Below are positions 8,208 through 18,342 of a DNA stretch of 64,000 bases, piece after piece; positions within the stretch are counted from its first letter, which is position 1; each line of letters begins with the position of its first letter. A program made the translations under genes and the position numbers. Location: positions 2,047-66,046 of the forward strand of contig JBDSIR010000146.1 in assembly GCA_039917855.1 (NCBI GenBank). The letters are read 5' to 3'. The stretch comes from Gemmatimonadales bacterium. GTDB taxonomy: Bacteria; Gemmatimonadota; Gemmatimonadetes; Gemmatimonadales; GWC2-71-9. The notes beneath the pieces are model-generated. The model saw only the letters and a program-made list of their open reading frames with translations, searched no databases and was not told the origin of the DNA.

Positions 8208-11062
8208 CAGCGCATCAGCGGCGTCGGGGCCCGGGCGAGCGGGGCCTCGAGGGTCCAGGGCTCGGTGCCCCCGACCGCGGCGCTCCAGCGTACCAGCGCC
8301 ACGAAGCCGGTCGGGAGCGCCCAGGGTCCCGCGGCCGTGGCATAGCGCACCCCTTCGGGTGTTCCCGGCGCGAGTGTGATCGTCACGGCGCCGGCGGGTG
8401 CGAGCGCGACCCCCACGGTGTCATCGCCATAGAGACGGATCCGCGCGGTGACGGTCCAGCGCTGACCCGGGGTAGCGCTGGCCCAGCCCGGATAGAGCCG
8501 GAGGTTCGCGGTCGCGCCTCTGATTTGGCGGGAGATACCGGCGGAAAGGCGTCCGAAGGCGTAGTTGAGCGGGGCCTTCTCGATCTGGCGGCCCTCGGCG
8601 TCCTCGAGGGTCACGCCGAAGTCGGTGAAACGGGACCAGTCACCGCGGGGCATCTCGATATCGATCTCCACCCGCTTGACCCACTTCGGTAGGTCGATCG
8701 CGAGGCGGCCGGTATCCGCGCCGACGCCGCTCAGCGTCTCTTCCCGCGCCCCACCGATGATCGTGCCCGAGGTGGTGACTGTCACCGGAGCACCGGTCAG
8801 GTTCCGGAGGGCCAGGATGGCGGCGTCCCCACGGAGATCGGCGATCATCGTGAAGGGAGCCTGGGTCAGGTGGACGCCAGCGGTGCTGGAGGAGATCGGG
8901 GGCGCGACCGCGATCACTTCGTAGGTGCCCGTGCTCACGTCACGCGCGTCGACGCGGAACATCGGCGCCGCACTCCCGCTCGAGCCCTCTTCTTTGTGCC
9001 CACCCCGGTACGGTTGACCGCCGGGTTCGTGGAGATAGGCGCGGATCACATCCTTGCTCGCGCCGGAAGCCACCATCACCGCGAAGGGCCGTCCCGCCTC
9101 GGCGCCGAAGCTCCATCGCCGCTCGAGGCCGGGGCCGAGTGCCACGGGGATGACGTCGACGTCGGCTCCAGAGGGCGAGGGCACCACGATCGTGTTGACC
9201 AGTCGGGCCACCGGCCCCGCCATCGTGTCGGCGCCCCAGAGGGTGACCGTGCCGATGTAGGTCCCGGGGACCTTGAGCGCAGTGGCATCGTAGGAAACAA
9301 GCATCTCGCCGGTCCCGCGAGGAAAGCGGACTCGCGGTGCCACGTGGAGCCAGCGCGCATCGGTGCGGGTCGTGAGATCGAGCGGACTGGCTGCCCCACT
9401 GCCGGCCCATTCAATGCCGAAGCGCTGGAGCGTGTCGCCCGGCGCGAGTCCCGCGCCCCTGAACGCCGCCCCGGTGCGCTCGCCGGAACGCCCGATCGCG
9501 AACGCGGTGAGCGCCGACCAGTTGTAGTTCCCCGCGAGCCAGCTCCACGCGCGCCCGACATTCGGGAGTCCGGCGCCTTGGTCGATGATCGAGAGACCAT
9601 CGAGGGGTTGGGCGGTGGTGACGAGCGCCTGCCGCACCCGCGCCGCCACGACCGGCTTGCCGGTCTGTACCAGCGCCGAGGCCAGGAGGGCGGCAAGGCC
9701 GGCAGCGTGGGGCGAGGCCATCGAGGTACCCCCCTTCACTTCGTCGCCCTGGTTCCAGCGCGGCACTGTGGAGTAGGCGACGCCGGGGGTCACGATGTCG
9801 GGTCGGGCCAATTCGCCGCCGCGCGAGCTGAAGTAGGCAATGGGGTCGGGGCCGACGCCCGGGTCGCGCATCAGGAAGGCGCGCGGGAAGGTGGCGCCGA
9901 CCGAGATCACGCGGGAGGCCGAGCCGGGGAAGCCGACGGTGGAGTGGCCGGGGCCATCGTTGCCGGCGCTGATGGTGAAGATGATGTCGGGATGCGCCGC
10001 GAGGACGGAATCGAAGAGGTGGTCGATCCGCGCCCTTCCTTCCTCCTCGTTGCCCACCCCGAAGCTCATGTTGAGCACCAGGGGACGGCGGCGCTCCGCG
10101 GCCACCCGGAGGGCGTAGTCGAGGGCGGCCATCATCGACCCGGTGGTGGAGATCCCCCCCTGGGCGTCGTTCGCGATCTTGAGCCCGAGCAGCTCGGCGC
10201 CCGGGGCGACGCCATCGAAGCCGGCGACGCCGTACATCTCATTTCCCGCGGCGATGCCGGCGACGTGGGTGCCGTGGGCACTGTTGTCGAAGTAGAGGTC
10301 GAGCGCGGGTTCGCCCCCCTGCTCCGTGAAGTTGGCGGCGAAGCCGAGCGAGGGCGCCCTGCCGGCGGGGGCCCAGCCGAAGCTCTCGCGCGCCACGAGG
10401 TAATCATGGATCGGCCTCTCGTTGCTGAGCGAGCCATCCCCGTCGAGGTCGGCGAGAAGCACCCAGCCGTCGGTCGCACGGGTGACGAGGATCGGGAGGG
10501 TATCGCCGACCACGTTGTTCCAATTGACGTCGGAGGCAGGGACCTCCCCCAGCGGGATCTCACGGAGCACGCCGGCGTACCAGGGGCCCGTGGCGTTGAG
10601 ACCGAGGAGCCGACCGAACCCTGTCAGTGAATGGCCAGCGACGCTCACCGCGTCCCCTTGGGGGGTGATGCGGGTGAGCGCGATACGGCCTTCGCCTGAG
10701 AAATCCCGGAGGTCGACGAGTTTGGGGGCGCCGGTGCTGGTGGTCTTGAGTCCGTCGGTGTTCGGATCGATGCCGGAGTCGAGGATGGCGATCAGGACCC
10801 CGCGGCCATCCCACTCGGGGTGCGTCTGCAACCAGGCCGGCACTCCGGTCGGTGCCAGCGGCATCCAGTTGCGCTCGTACGCCGTCGTCGGCGGCTGCAG
10901 ATGGGTCGCGTCCGCGCGCGCGCGCGGCGTGGTGGCCGGGGGCAGCGCCGGCGCGACTGGTGTGGGCGACGTCTGCACGGAGGGGCCGCAGGCGGCGACC
11001 AGCAGAGCGAGAGCGAGGCCTGTCCTGAGGGACAGCGAAGGAAGTGGGGAGCGAGAAGACAT
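8207..11062 (-). CDS. Secreted/lipoprotein subtilisin-like S8 peptidase with long C-terminal extension
   Basis: ORF trimmed to [26 protein letters not shown]. Catalytic triad contexts are [30 protein letters not shown]. Confidence 0.9.
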   Translation of the reverse strand: MSSRSPLPSLSLRTGLALALLVAACGPSVQTSPTPVAPALPPATTPRARADATHLQPPTTAYERNWMPLAPTGVPAWLQTHPEWDGRGVLIAILDSGIDPNTDGLKTTSTGAPKLVDLRDFSGEGRIALTRITPQGDAVSVAGHSLTGFGRLLGLNATGPWYAGVLREIPLGEVPASDVNWNNVVGDTLPILVTRATDGWVLLADLDGDGSLSNERPIHDYLVARESFGWAPAGRAPSLGFAANFTEQGGEPALDLYFDNSAHGTHVAGIAAGNEMYGVAGFDGVAPGAELLGLKIANDAQGGISTTGSMMAALDYALRVAAERRRPLVLNMSFGVGNEEEGRARIDHLFDSVLAAHPDIIFTISAGNDGPGHSTVGFPGSASRVISVGATFPRAFLMRDPGVGPDPIAYFSSRGGELARPDIVTPGVAYSTVPRWNQGDEVKGGTSMASPHAAGLAALLASALVQTGKPVVAARVRQALVTTAQPLDGLSIIDQGAGLPNVGRAWSWLAGNYNWSALTAFAIGRSGERTGAAFRGAGLAPGDTLQRFGIEWAGSGAASPLDLTTRTDARWLHVAPRVRFPRGTGEMLVSYDATALKVPGTYIGTVTLWGADTMAGPVARLVNTIVVPSPSGADVDVIPVALGPGLERRWSFGAEAGRPFAVMVASGASKDVIRAYLHEPGGQPYRGGHKEEGSSGSAAPMFRVDARDVSTGTYEVIAVAPPISSSTAGVHLTQAPFTMIADLRGDAAILALRNLTGAPVTVTTSGTIIGGAREETLSGVGADTGRLAIDLPKWVKRVEIDIEMPRGDWSRFTDFGVTLEDAEGRQIEKAPLNYAFGRLSAGISRQIRGATANLRLYPGWASATPGQRWTVTARIRLYGDDTVGVALAPAGAVTITLAPGTPEGVRYATAAGPWALPTGFVALVRWSAAVGGTEPWTLEAPLARAPTPLMR

Positions 11063-11075
11063 TGGTTCCGTTGGC

Positions 11076-12695
11076 CTAGCGCAGGTCGAAGGGTCCGAGG
11101 TGCGACCCGGTGTTCCGTGAGACGACATCGAGCAGGAACGCGAGGGTATCGCGCGTCTCCTCGGCGGTGATGATGGCATCGACGTGACCGCGGGCAGCCG
11201 CGGACTTGGCGTCGAGCTGGTGCTCGTAATCGGCGCGCATCGATTCGATGGCGGCTTGCACGTCTGGAGAGAGGGCCGTCCCGGCAGTCCGTGCCCGTTC
11301 GAGGGTGGGGCCGTGGACGGCGCCCACCGCGCTCTCCCCCTCCATGACCGCCATCCGCCCAGTCGGCCAGCTCACGATGAAGTCGGGGTCGAATCCCTGC
11401 CCCGCCATGGCGTAGTACCCGGCCCCGGAGGCGTGATTGACCGTCAGCACGAGCTTCGGCACCGAGGCCGTCGCCATCGCCTCGACGAAGCGGGCACCGG
11501 CGCGGATGATCCCGGAATGCTCCGCCTCGGGACCGACCATGAATCCGCTCACGTCCTGCACGAAGAGGATCGGGAGACCCTCCCGGGCGGCGGTCTCGAT
11601 GAAATACGCCGACTTCTCCGCGCTCTCGGTGTAGAGGATCCCGCCGAAGCGCGGGGCCGTACCGGGACGCCCCTTGATGACGCCGCGCTGGTTGGCGAGG
11701 ATCGCGACCGGGCGTCCCCCGATGCGGGCGTGGCCGCAGAGCATCTCCCCGCCGACCGCGGGCTGGAACTCGTCCAGCCGACCCCCGTCGAGGATGCAGG
11801 CCAGGATGTCGCCCATGTCGTACGACATGCGATGATCCTTGGGCAGGATCTTCTCGAGGTCGGCGGCGGGTCGGGACGCCGGGGCCTCAGGCCTCAGGCC
11901 CCGGGCTTCGGGAGGCTTGGGGAGTCGCGCGAGGTACTCGCGGATCATCGTGAGGCAGGCGCGGTCGTCCTTGGCGGTGTAGTGCGCCACCGCGCTGATG
12001 CTGGTGTGGGTGCTGGCCCCACCGAGGAATTCCCCGTCGACGGTCTGGCCGGTGGCGCCCTTTACGAGGTTCGGGCCGCCGAGGCCCATGAAACTGGTCC
12101 CCTCGACCATGTAGATGACGTCGGAGAGGGCTGGGAGATACGCCCCGCCCGCCACGCAGCTCCCCATCACCGCGGCGATCTGCGGGACCTTGAGGTAGCG
12201 GCGCATCAGCGAGTTGTAATAAAAGATGCGGGCCGCGCCGTACTGCCCCGGGAAGACCCCTCCCTGATAGGGAAGATTCACGCCGGCCGAGTCGACCAGG
12301 TAGACGATCGGGATCCGCTCCCGCATCGCCACCTCCTGCGCGCGGAGGATCTTGGTGATGGTCTCCGGCCACCAGCTCCCCGCCTTCACCGTGGCGTCGT
12401 TGGACACCACGACGACCTCGCGCCCCTCCACCCGCCCGATGCCGGTGATGACGCCGGCCGACGGCGCCTGCCCGTCATAGCGGTCGTACGCCACCAGAAG
12501 GCCGAGCTCGAACCAGGGACTCTTGGGGTCGAGCAGGCCTTCGACCCGCTCGCGCGGGGTGAGCTGCCCCTTGGCATGTATCTTCTTGGCACGCTCCGGC
12601 CCTCCCCCCTGCCGCAGCTTGGCGGCGAGGGCGAGGTACTCCTTCGTCAGGCTGGAAAGCCGCTCGCTCAATCCTTGAGGTGGGTCGCCGCCCAC
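11076..12695 (-). CDS. Acyl-CoA carboxylase carboxyltransferase (beta) subunit, methylcrotonyl-/geranyl-CoA carboxylase-like
   Basis: 539 aa: [54 protein letters not shown]. An alternative TTG start at 12671 overlaps the upstream stop. Confidence 0.9.
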   Translation of the reverse strand: MGGDPPQGLSERLSSLTKEYLALAAKLRQGGGPERAKKIHAKGQLTPRERVEGLLDPKSPWFELGLLVAYDRYDGQAPSAGVITGIGRVEGREVVVVSNDATVKAGSWWPETITKILRAQEVAMRERIPIVYLVDSAGVNLPYQGGVFPGQYGAARIFYYNSLMRRYLKVPQIAAVMGSCVAGGAYLPALSDVIYMVEGTSFMGLGGPNLVKGATGQTVDGEFLGGASTHTSISAVAHYTAKDDRACLTMIREYLARLPKPPEARGLRPEAPASRPAADLEKILPKDHRMSYDMGDILACILDGGRLDEFQPAVGGEMLCGHARIGGRPVAILANQRGVIKGRPGTAPRFGGILYTESAEKSAYFIETAAREGLPILFVQDVSGFMVGPEAEHSGIIRAGARFVEAMATASVPKLVLTVNHASGAGYYAMAGQGFDPDFIVSWPTGRMAVMEGESAVGAVHGPTLERARTAGTALSPDVQAAIESMRADYEHQLDAKSAAARGHVDAIITAEETRDTLAFLLDVVSRNTGSHLGPFDLR

Positions 12696-13117
12696 TCCTT
12701 GATATACGCGATCAGGTCCGTCGTCGGGGTCCCGGGGCCGAAGAGCTTGCCGATCCCCAGTTTCTCGAGGGCGTCGGCGTCGTCCTTGGGGATGATCCCC
12801 CCGCCGGTGACCAGCATGTCGGCGCGACCATCCTTGACCAGGAGCTCACGCACCCGGGGAAAGAGCGTCATGTGCGCGCCCGAGAGGATCGAAAGACCCA
12901 CCACATCGACGTCCTCCTGCACCGCGGCGGCGGCGATCATCTCCGGCGTCTGATGCAGGCCGGTATAGATGACCTCCATCCCGGCGTCACGGAGGGCGGC
13001 CGCCACCACCTTGGCGCCGCGATCGTGTCCATCGAGACCGGGCTTGGCGACGAGCACCCGCACGGGGCGGCCGGGGGCCGGGCGCACGGTCGGGGCGTTC
13101 TTCACGGCCATCATCAT
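12668..13117 (-). CDS. Acyl-CoA mutase small subunit, cobalamin-binding domain
   Basis: ORF 12668-13990 trimmed to MMMAVKN. Has [18 protein letters not shown] (the DxHxxG B12 motif) and [11 protein letters not shown]. The upstream 290 codons are a GC-shadow overlapping the HAD and baeRF genes. Confidence 0.9.
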   Translation of the reverse strand: MMMAVKNAPTVRPAPGRPVRVLVAKPGLDGHDRGAKVVAAALRDAGMEVIYTGLHQTPEMIAAAAVQEDVDVVGLSILSGAHMTLFPRVRELLVKDGRADMLVTGGGIIPKDDADALEKLGIGKLFGPGTPTTDLIAYIKEWAATHLKD

Positions 13118-13800
13118 ATCAAGGCTCCAGTGCCGAGCAGTCGGTCGACCACCGCCGCCACATCCGGGGCGGTGGGCACATCGCGCGAGGCGTGGAGCCC
13201 CGCCGGGTCGAGGAGCACCGCGGCCATCCCGGCGCGGCGCGCACCGACCACATCCACTTCGTACAGGTCTCCCACGTACAGCGATTCCGCAGGACCCACC
13301 TCCAGCGCTTCGAGCGCCGGCAGGAAGATACGCGGATCGGGCTTTTCGAACCCCGCCAGCTTCGAATCGACCACCACCGTGAAGTACTCCGCCAGCCCGA
13401 CCGCTTCCAGCGCCTCGGCCACGCGGCCGTCGCTGTTGGAGACCACCCCAAGGCCGATCCTCGCGTCTCGAAGGCGCCCGAGTGCCGGCGCGGTACCGGG
13501 ATCGACGCCAGTCCACAGGTGCCGGTCGGCATGCAGGGCCCAGAGGACCCGCTGGACCTCTGCCATCTGCGCCCCCGGCACCCCCACCTCCGCGAACAGC
13601 AGCTCGATATAGCGCAGTGCGCGCTCCTGGTCGGTCCCCTTTCCCTCTTCCATCGCGAGGGCTGCCTTGGGCGAGGCGGCGCGGAGCATCGGTGCGGTGA
13701 GCGGCAGTCCCAGCGCGCTCGCGACTGCCGGCGCGATGCGCTCGTGATCGAGCCCGACGAGGGTATTGCCCGCGTCGAACAGGACCGCGCGATACTTCAC
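13114..13800 (-). CDS. HAD-superfamily hydrolase
   Basis: GTG start: [15 protein letters not shown] (DxD-type motif I), [24 protein letters not shown]. Its start overlaps the upstream stop (GTGA). Confidence 0.8.
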   Translation of the reverse strand: MKYRAVLFDAGNTLVGLDHERIAPAVASALGLPLTAPMLRAASPKAALAMEEGKGTDQERALRYIELLFAEVGVPGAQMAEVQRVLWALHADRHLWTGVDPGTAPALGRLRDARIGLGVVSNSDGRVAEALEAVGLAEYFTVVVDSKLAGFEKPDPRIFLPALEALEVGPAESLYVGDLYEVDVVGARRAGMAAVLLDPAGLHASRDVPTAPDVAAVVDRLLGTGALI

Positions 13801-14951
13801 TTGAATCGCAGCAGGGCGGCGAGCCCGTCGACCGCCTTGGCCGCGGCCGCATCGTAGAGCACGTTGATGTCAAGTCGCTGGCGGAGCGCCTCTTCGAGCG
13901 CCTCGTCGACCACGTCGGTGACCGGCTCCGGATCGCCTTCCCCCTTCCACGCGGCATTCTCGCCCGGCACCACCAGCCGGCCGGAGCCACGGAGCCGGAA
14001 CCCCGGACGGCTCGTCTCCCCGTGCACGAGGAGGGTGCGCACCTTGCCGTGCGCGAGCGCCGTGAGGGTATCGGCGACGCCGTTCACGGCCCAGCCGCGC
14101 CCGACCCCCTCCTTCATCTCGGCCACCACCGCCGCTTCGCGTTGATGTTCGTAGTTGGCGCGCACGTCGATCGCCGCCTCGCGCACGATCGCGGCCGTGG
14201 CCTCCTTGGGTCCCAGCGTCCCGACACCGAGGAGGCGCTCGAAGACGTACTGATGGAGAAAGGCCGCCACCGCTTCGGGGGTGCTGCCGGGGCCGAGGAG
14301 GATGACGCCCTGGAACGGCTCACGGCGGGCCAGGTCGAAGAGCCGAGCCGCCACGTTCTCGAGGTGGCGCTGCTGGGCGTTCCGGATCCGGTTGTGATAG
14401 GTGTGCTCCCCCATCCCGGCGCCCGCTTTGCGACCCAGGCGCGGCCGCTCCTCGTTGCCGAGGGTGACGAGCTCGGTCCCGAGCTCGGTGGCGTCGAAGG
14501 CGGTGACGCGGAAGAACCGGGCGTGGGTCCGGTCGACCACGCCGACGAGGAGACGACCGACTTCGTCCTCGATGCCGGCCAGCTCACGCACCAGCGGCGC
14601 GCGCGATACCGTCAGGCGCGAGCGGTGTACCGTCGGGAGCTCGAACACTTCCCAGAGACGCCGCGCCTTCGACGCGAAGAGCGCCAGCCCCTGGCCGTGC
14701 GGGAGCTGGCCCGGATGGGCGAGGTGTTCCTGGATCCGCTTCAGATCGGCGGTGATCGCGTCGCGCTCCGCACGGTCGAAGTCCATCTTCTCGACCGCCC
14801 GCTCCGCCGCCTTGATCAGGTTCTTCAGCTTGATGAGGAACTTCCCCCGCTCACGGTCACGGGGTTCGAGTTTGAGATAGAGGGACACGACCGGTGCGCC
14901 AGTACGCTCCTTGGCGAGGCGGTCGAGCTGCTTGTTGTTGGGAGTGGGCAT
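13797..14951 (-). CDS. eRF1/Pelota-like (baeRF / Vms1-like / host-attachment clan) protein, function unknown
   Basis: 384 aa. N-terminal [18 protein letters not shown], central [29 protein letters not shown]-terminal [12 protein letters not shown]. The layout resembles bacterial archaeo-eukaryotic release-factor-like proteins as I recall them. The CDS is solid; the family call is tentative. Confidence 0.55.
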   Translation of the reverse strand: MPTPNNKQLDRLAKERTGAPVVSLYLKLEPRDRERGKFLIKLKNLIKAAERAVEKMDFDRAERDAITADLKRIQEHLAHPGQLPHGQGLALFASKARRLWEVFELPTVHRSRLTVSRAPLVRELAGIEDEVGRLLVGVVDRTHARFFRVTAFDATELGTELVTLGNEERPRLGRKAGAGMGEHTYHNRIRNAQQRHLENVAARLFDLARREPFQGVILLGPGSTPEAVAAFLHQYVFERLLGVGTLGPKEATAAIVREAAIDVRANYEHQREAAVVAEMKEGVGRGWAVNGVADTLTALAHGKVRTLLVHGETSRPGFRLRGSGRLVVPGENAAWKGEGDPEPVTDVVDEALEEALRQRLDINVLYDAAAAKAVDGLAALLRFK

Positions 14952-14987
14952 TACTGCTCCCTTCGTTGAGTACGAGTGACGATCGTC

Positions 14988-15258
14988 GACCCGCGAAGCG
15001 GCGGACCCTCTCCGCGGTCTGTCATCCTGAGGGCGCTTCAGCGCCCGAAGGATCTCCGCCGTCCTTGCCGAGATATGGCATGGCGTCGTGCTTCATCCCA
15101 AACTCGCGCGGGTCGATCCACTGCTTCCAGTGAGGCATCGCAATACTTGTCCTGCGCAGGCCCCGTGAGGATCCCGGCAGAACTTGCCGGAGATCCTTCG
15201 GCCCCTGAAGGGGCCTCAGGATGACAGGGCGCGGGGTTCGTCCGCCGCTTCGCGGGTC
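14988..15258. mobile_element. MITE-like element, GTCATCCTGAGG family, copy 1
   Basis: Inverted ends of about 70 bp: gacccgcgaagcggcgga..ctgtcatcctgagggcgcttcagcgcccgaaggatctcc at 14988-15058 and its reverse complement at 15187-15258. No ORF of note inside. Confidence 0.75.
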
Positions 15259-15276
15259 ACGACGTACCACACACCC

Positions 15277-16959
15277 CTAGAAGAACACCGGCTCCCGATA
15301 CGCTCCCCACACCCCTTCCAGCGTGTGGCGGATCTCGTAGAGGGTGCAATAGGCACGGGCGCAGTCGAGCATCGCCGGGATGACGTTCTGGTCCTCGGTC
15401 GCCGCCAACTGGAGGGCGGCGAGCCGCTGTTCCACCAGCGCACCGTCACGCTCGGCGCGGAGCTTGGCCATTCGGATCCGCTGGGTCCGCTCGGCGGCGT
15501 CGGAGACCTTGAGGATGTCGACGTCGGGCTCGTTGTGTTCGAGAAAGCGATTGACCCCGACCACCGCCTTGTGGTCGGACTCGACCTCGGCCTGGAAGCG
15601 CGAAGCGCTCGACGCGATCTGGCGCTGGAACCATCCCGACTCGATCCCCGCCACCACCCCGCCCTGCGCCTCGATCTCGGCGAAGAGCCCTTCGGCCTCG
15701 CGCTCGAGCCGGTCGGTCAACGCCTCGATGAACCAGGACCCGCCGAGGGGATCCTGGACGTTGGGGACCCCGGTCTCGTAGGCGAGGATCTGCTGGGTCC
15801 GGAGCGCGATCCGCACCGAGTCCTCGGTCGGTAACGCCAAAGTCTCATCGAAGGCGTTGGTATGGAGCGACTGGGTGCCGCCCAGCACGGCGGCGAGCGC
15901 CTGATAGGCCACCCGCACCACGTTGTTGTATGGCTGCTGCGCCGTGAGCGAGACCCCGGCGGTCTGGCTATGGAAGCGCATCTTCCAGCTGCGGTCGTCG
16001 GTGGCGCCGTATTTGTCGCGGAGACGCCGGGCCCAGATGCGCCGGGCGGCGCGGAGCTTGGCGATCTCCTCGAAGAAATCATTGTGGATGTCCCAGAAGA
16101 ATGAGAGCCGCGGGCCGAAGGCGTCGACCTTGAGCCCCCGCGCCATTCCGCGCTCCACATAGGTGAAGCCGTTGGCGAGCGTGAAGGCGAGTTCCTGCGC
16201 CGCCGTGGCCCCCGCCTCGCGGATGTGGTAGCCGCTGATGGAGATGGTATTCCATTTAGGCGCGTGGGTGCTGCCCCATTCGAACATGTCGACGATGAGC
16301 TTGAGCGCCGGCTCGACCGGATAGACCCATGCGTGCTGGGCCATGTACTCCTTGAGGATGTCGTTCTGGACCGTGCCCTGCAGCTTGGCCGACGGCACCC
16401 CCTGTTTCTCGGCGGCGGCGATGAAGAAGCACCAGAGCATCGCCGCGGGTCCGTTGATCGTCATCGACACGGAGACCTGGTCGAGCGGGATCCCGTCGAA
16501 GAGCGTCTCCATGTCGGCCAGCGAGCTGATCGCCACGCCGCACTTCCCGACCTCGCCCTCGGAGCGGACGTGATCGGAGTCGTAGCCCATCAGGGTCGGA
16601 AAATCGAACGCCACGGAAAGTCCGGTCTGGCCGCGCGCCAGCAGGAACTTGTACCGGGCGTTGGTGTCCTCGGCGGTACCGAAGCCGGCGAACTGGCGCA
16701 TCGTCCAGAGCTTGCCCCGGTACCCCGACGGGTGGATGCCCCGGGTGTAGGGGAACTGCCCCGGGAGTTCCGCCGCGGGCATCGTGTCGAGCGGGGTATA
16801 CACCGGCTCAAGCTCGAGGCCGGAGATGGTGTTGAAGTCGGTATCATCGCGGAGCGGCTGCTTGGCATAGAGCGCCCGCCACTTGGCGATCTCGGCGCGG
16901 AGCGTGGCCAGTTCCCGCTCCTGGGCGGCCAGGCGTTCGTCGACACGGGTCGTGGTCAT
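15277..16959 (-). CDS. Acyl-CoA mutase large (catalytic) subunit, methylmalonyl-/isobutyryl-CoA mutase family
   Basis: 560 aa: [64 protein letters not shown] lies upstream of the ATG. Confidence 0.92.
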   Translation of the reverse strand: MTTTRVDERLAAQERELATLRAEIAKWRALYAKQPLRDDTDFNTISGLELEPVYTPLDTMPAAELPGQFPYTRGIHPSGYRGKLWTMRQFAGFGTAEDTNARYKFLLARGQTGLSVAFDFPTLMGYDSDHVRSEGEVGKCGVAISSLADMETLFDGIPLDQVSVSMTINGPAAMLWCFFIAAAEKQGVPSAKLQGTVQNDILKEYMAQHAWVYPVEPALKLIVDMFEWGSTHAPKWNTISISGYHIREAGATAAQELAFTLANGFTYVERGMARGLKVDAFGPRLSFFWDIHNDFFEEIAKLRAARRIWARRLRDKYGATDDRSWKMRFHSQTAGVSLTAQQPYNNVVRVAYQALAAVLGGTQSLHTNAFDETLALPTEDSVRIALRTQQILAYETGVPNVQDPLGGSWFIEALTDRLEREAEGLFAEIEAQGGVVAGIESGWFQRQIASSASRFQAEVESDHKAVVGVNRFLEHNEPDVDILKVSDAAERTQRIRMAKLRAERDGALVEQRLAALQLAATEDQNVIPAMLDCARAYCTLYEIRHTLEGVWGAYREPVFF

Positions 16960-16975
16960 CGGTCCCCTCCGGTGG

Positions 16976-18019
16976 TCAGGCGCGGGCGCCCTGGCGCAGG
17001 TGGTCGAGCACTTCCGCAGCCACCTCGTACGGGCTCACCCTCCCCGCCGCGATGTCGTCCAGCCGCTCGGCGATCCGCCGCTCGGTGTCGGTCTCTTCCT
17101 TGAGCCACGCCAAGGCGTGGCGGGTCACCACCTCGCGGGTCCGTTCGCGCAGCCGCTCCCGGCGACGGTGGGCGAGGTCGCCCGTCCGTTCGAGCCAGCG
17201 GTGATGGGCGTCGAGCGCGACCATCAGCTCGTCGATCCCTTCGCCCTTGACCGCGCTGGTGCCGAGCACCGGTGGAAGCCAGACCGCCGCGTCGGGATCG
17301 CCGGCATGCAGCACCGCCTTCCGTTCGGTCGACTTGAGCGCGCCGTGGTGCGCCGGGACATTGCGATAGGCGTGGCCGGTCCGGATGCCGAGGGTGATCT
17401 CGATCTCCTGCCGGAGCCGGTCGGCGCCGGGCCGGTCGGCCTTGTTCACCGTGTACAGATCGGCCGCTTCCATCACGCCGCTTTTGAGCGCCTGGATCCC
17501 ATCCCCCGATTCGGGCACCAGCACAAGGAGGGTGGTGTCGGCGGTGCGGGTCACGTCGAGCTCCGACTGTCCTACCCCTACGGTCTCGACCAGGATCCGG
17601 TCGAACCCCGCCGCGTCGAGCACGTCGCAGACCTCCCGCGTCGTGGTGGCGAGCCCGCCGAGGGAGCCGCGGGTGGCCATCGAGCGGATGTAGACGTCCT
17701 TGTCGAGGGCGATCGCCTCCATCCGGATCCGGTCGCCGAGGAGGGCGCCACCGGTAAAGGGGCTGGTCGGGTCGACCGCGACCACGGCGACGCGGAGCCC
17801 CTCGGCCCGGAGGGCGAGGACCAGACGCTCCGTGAGGGTCGATTTCCCTGCCCCCGGAGGCCCCGTGATCCCGATCCGCCGGGCGTGCCCCTGGCGGGGG
17901 TGGATGGAGGCCAGCAGCTGCTCGAAGCCCGAGCGGCCATTCTCTACAATAGAGATGGCGCGGGCGAGCGCGGCGGGGCGCCCCTGGGCGAGCTCGGCGA
18001 GGATGTGGTCAAGATGCAT
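16976..18019 (-). CDS. meaB: Methylmalonyl-CoA mutase-associated GTPase MeaB/ArgK
   Basis: ORF trimmed to MHLDHILAELAQG because the upstream codons lie in a MITE-like element. Has GITGPPGAGKST, VAVDPTSPFTGGALLGDR, NKAD. Confidence 0.9.
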   Translation of the reverse strand: MHLDHILAELAQGRPAALARAISIVENGRSGFEQLLASIHPRQGHARRIGITGPPGAGKSTLTERLVLALRAEGLRVAVVAVDPTSPFTGGALLGDRIRMEAIALDKDVYIRSMATRGSLGGLATTTREVCDVLDAAGFDRILVETVGVGQSELDVTRTADTTLLVLVPESGDGIQALKSGVMEAADLYTVNKADRPGADRLRQEIEITLGIRTGHAYRNVPAHHGALKSTERKAVLHAGDPDAAVWLPPVLGTSAVKGEGIDELMVALDAHHRWLERTGDLAHRRRERLRERTREVVTRHALAWLKEETDTERRIAERLDDIAAGRVSPYEVAAEVLDHLRQGARA

Positions 18020-18074
18020 CGGCTGGAAAATCACCGTCTTAGGCGACTGGGGCAAGTTCGCTGGCTGTGCCATC

Positions 18075-18300
18075 GGCCCGCGAAGCGGCAGCGACACTAC
18101 GCCTGCTGTCATCCTGAGGGCGCTTCAGCGCCAGAAGGATCTCCGGGTCGCTTGTCGTGGTACTTCGAGGCCGTGATGCTGATCGGCAGCGATTCCAAGC
18201 ATGGGCTCCGCGATCACCGCTCCGAACCAGCACGACGATCCTGGCATCCCAATCATGCCGGCCGGAGATCCTTCGGGGCCTGAAGGCCCCTCAGGATGAC
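18075..18300. mobile_element. MITE-like element, GTCATCCTGAGG family, copy 2
   Basis: ggcccgcgaagcggcagcgac..gtcatcctgagggcgcttcagcgccagaaggatctcc on the left and ggagatccttcggggcctgaaggcccctcaggatgac on the right (ends at 18300). Confidence 0.7.
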
Positions 18301-18342
18301 AGCGCGCGTGATGGGTACGGCCGCCCGGGACGGGCGGCCCTA

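Noticed and set aside
6546-8345. Long + strand ORF (599 aa). Similar long antisense ORFs occur at 8870-10630, 11184-12953, 18157-20463, 26508-28376, 28837-30210, 30107-31207, 49215-50375, 50551-52143, 55452-56597 and 58867-60318.
   Set aside because: Their translations are low-complexity and R/G/P/H-rich, with no motifs. Each lies exactly antisense to a gene with strong family signatures. These are typical stop-poor shadow frames of high-GC DNA.
13118-13990. Upstream extensions of several track ORFs: 12668-13990, 26556-28568, 35072-37291, 18343-20499 and 31288-32472.
   Set aside because: The extensions overlap well-supported neighbouring genes and translate to Arg/Pro/Gly-rich junk. Internal starts coincide with stop/start overlaps or ribosome-binding sites.
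15022-15270. Minus-strand ORF inside MITE copy 1 containing MPHWKQWIDPREFGMKHDAMPYLGKD.
   Set aside because: It is only 82 codons, most of it reads through the repeat ends, and there is no similar ORF in copy 2. It is probably fortuitous, though I cannot exclude a small peptide.
14988-18300. The two MITE-like copies flanking meaB and the mutase considered as a composite transposon.
   Set aside because: There is no transposase. The enclosed genes are core parts of the same mutase system, whose small subunit lies outside the pair. Independent insertions into intercistronic gaps are the simpler explanation.
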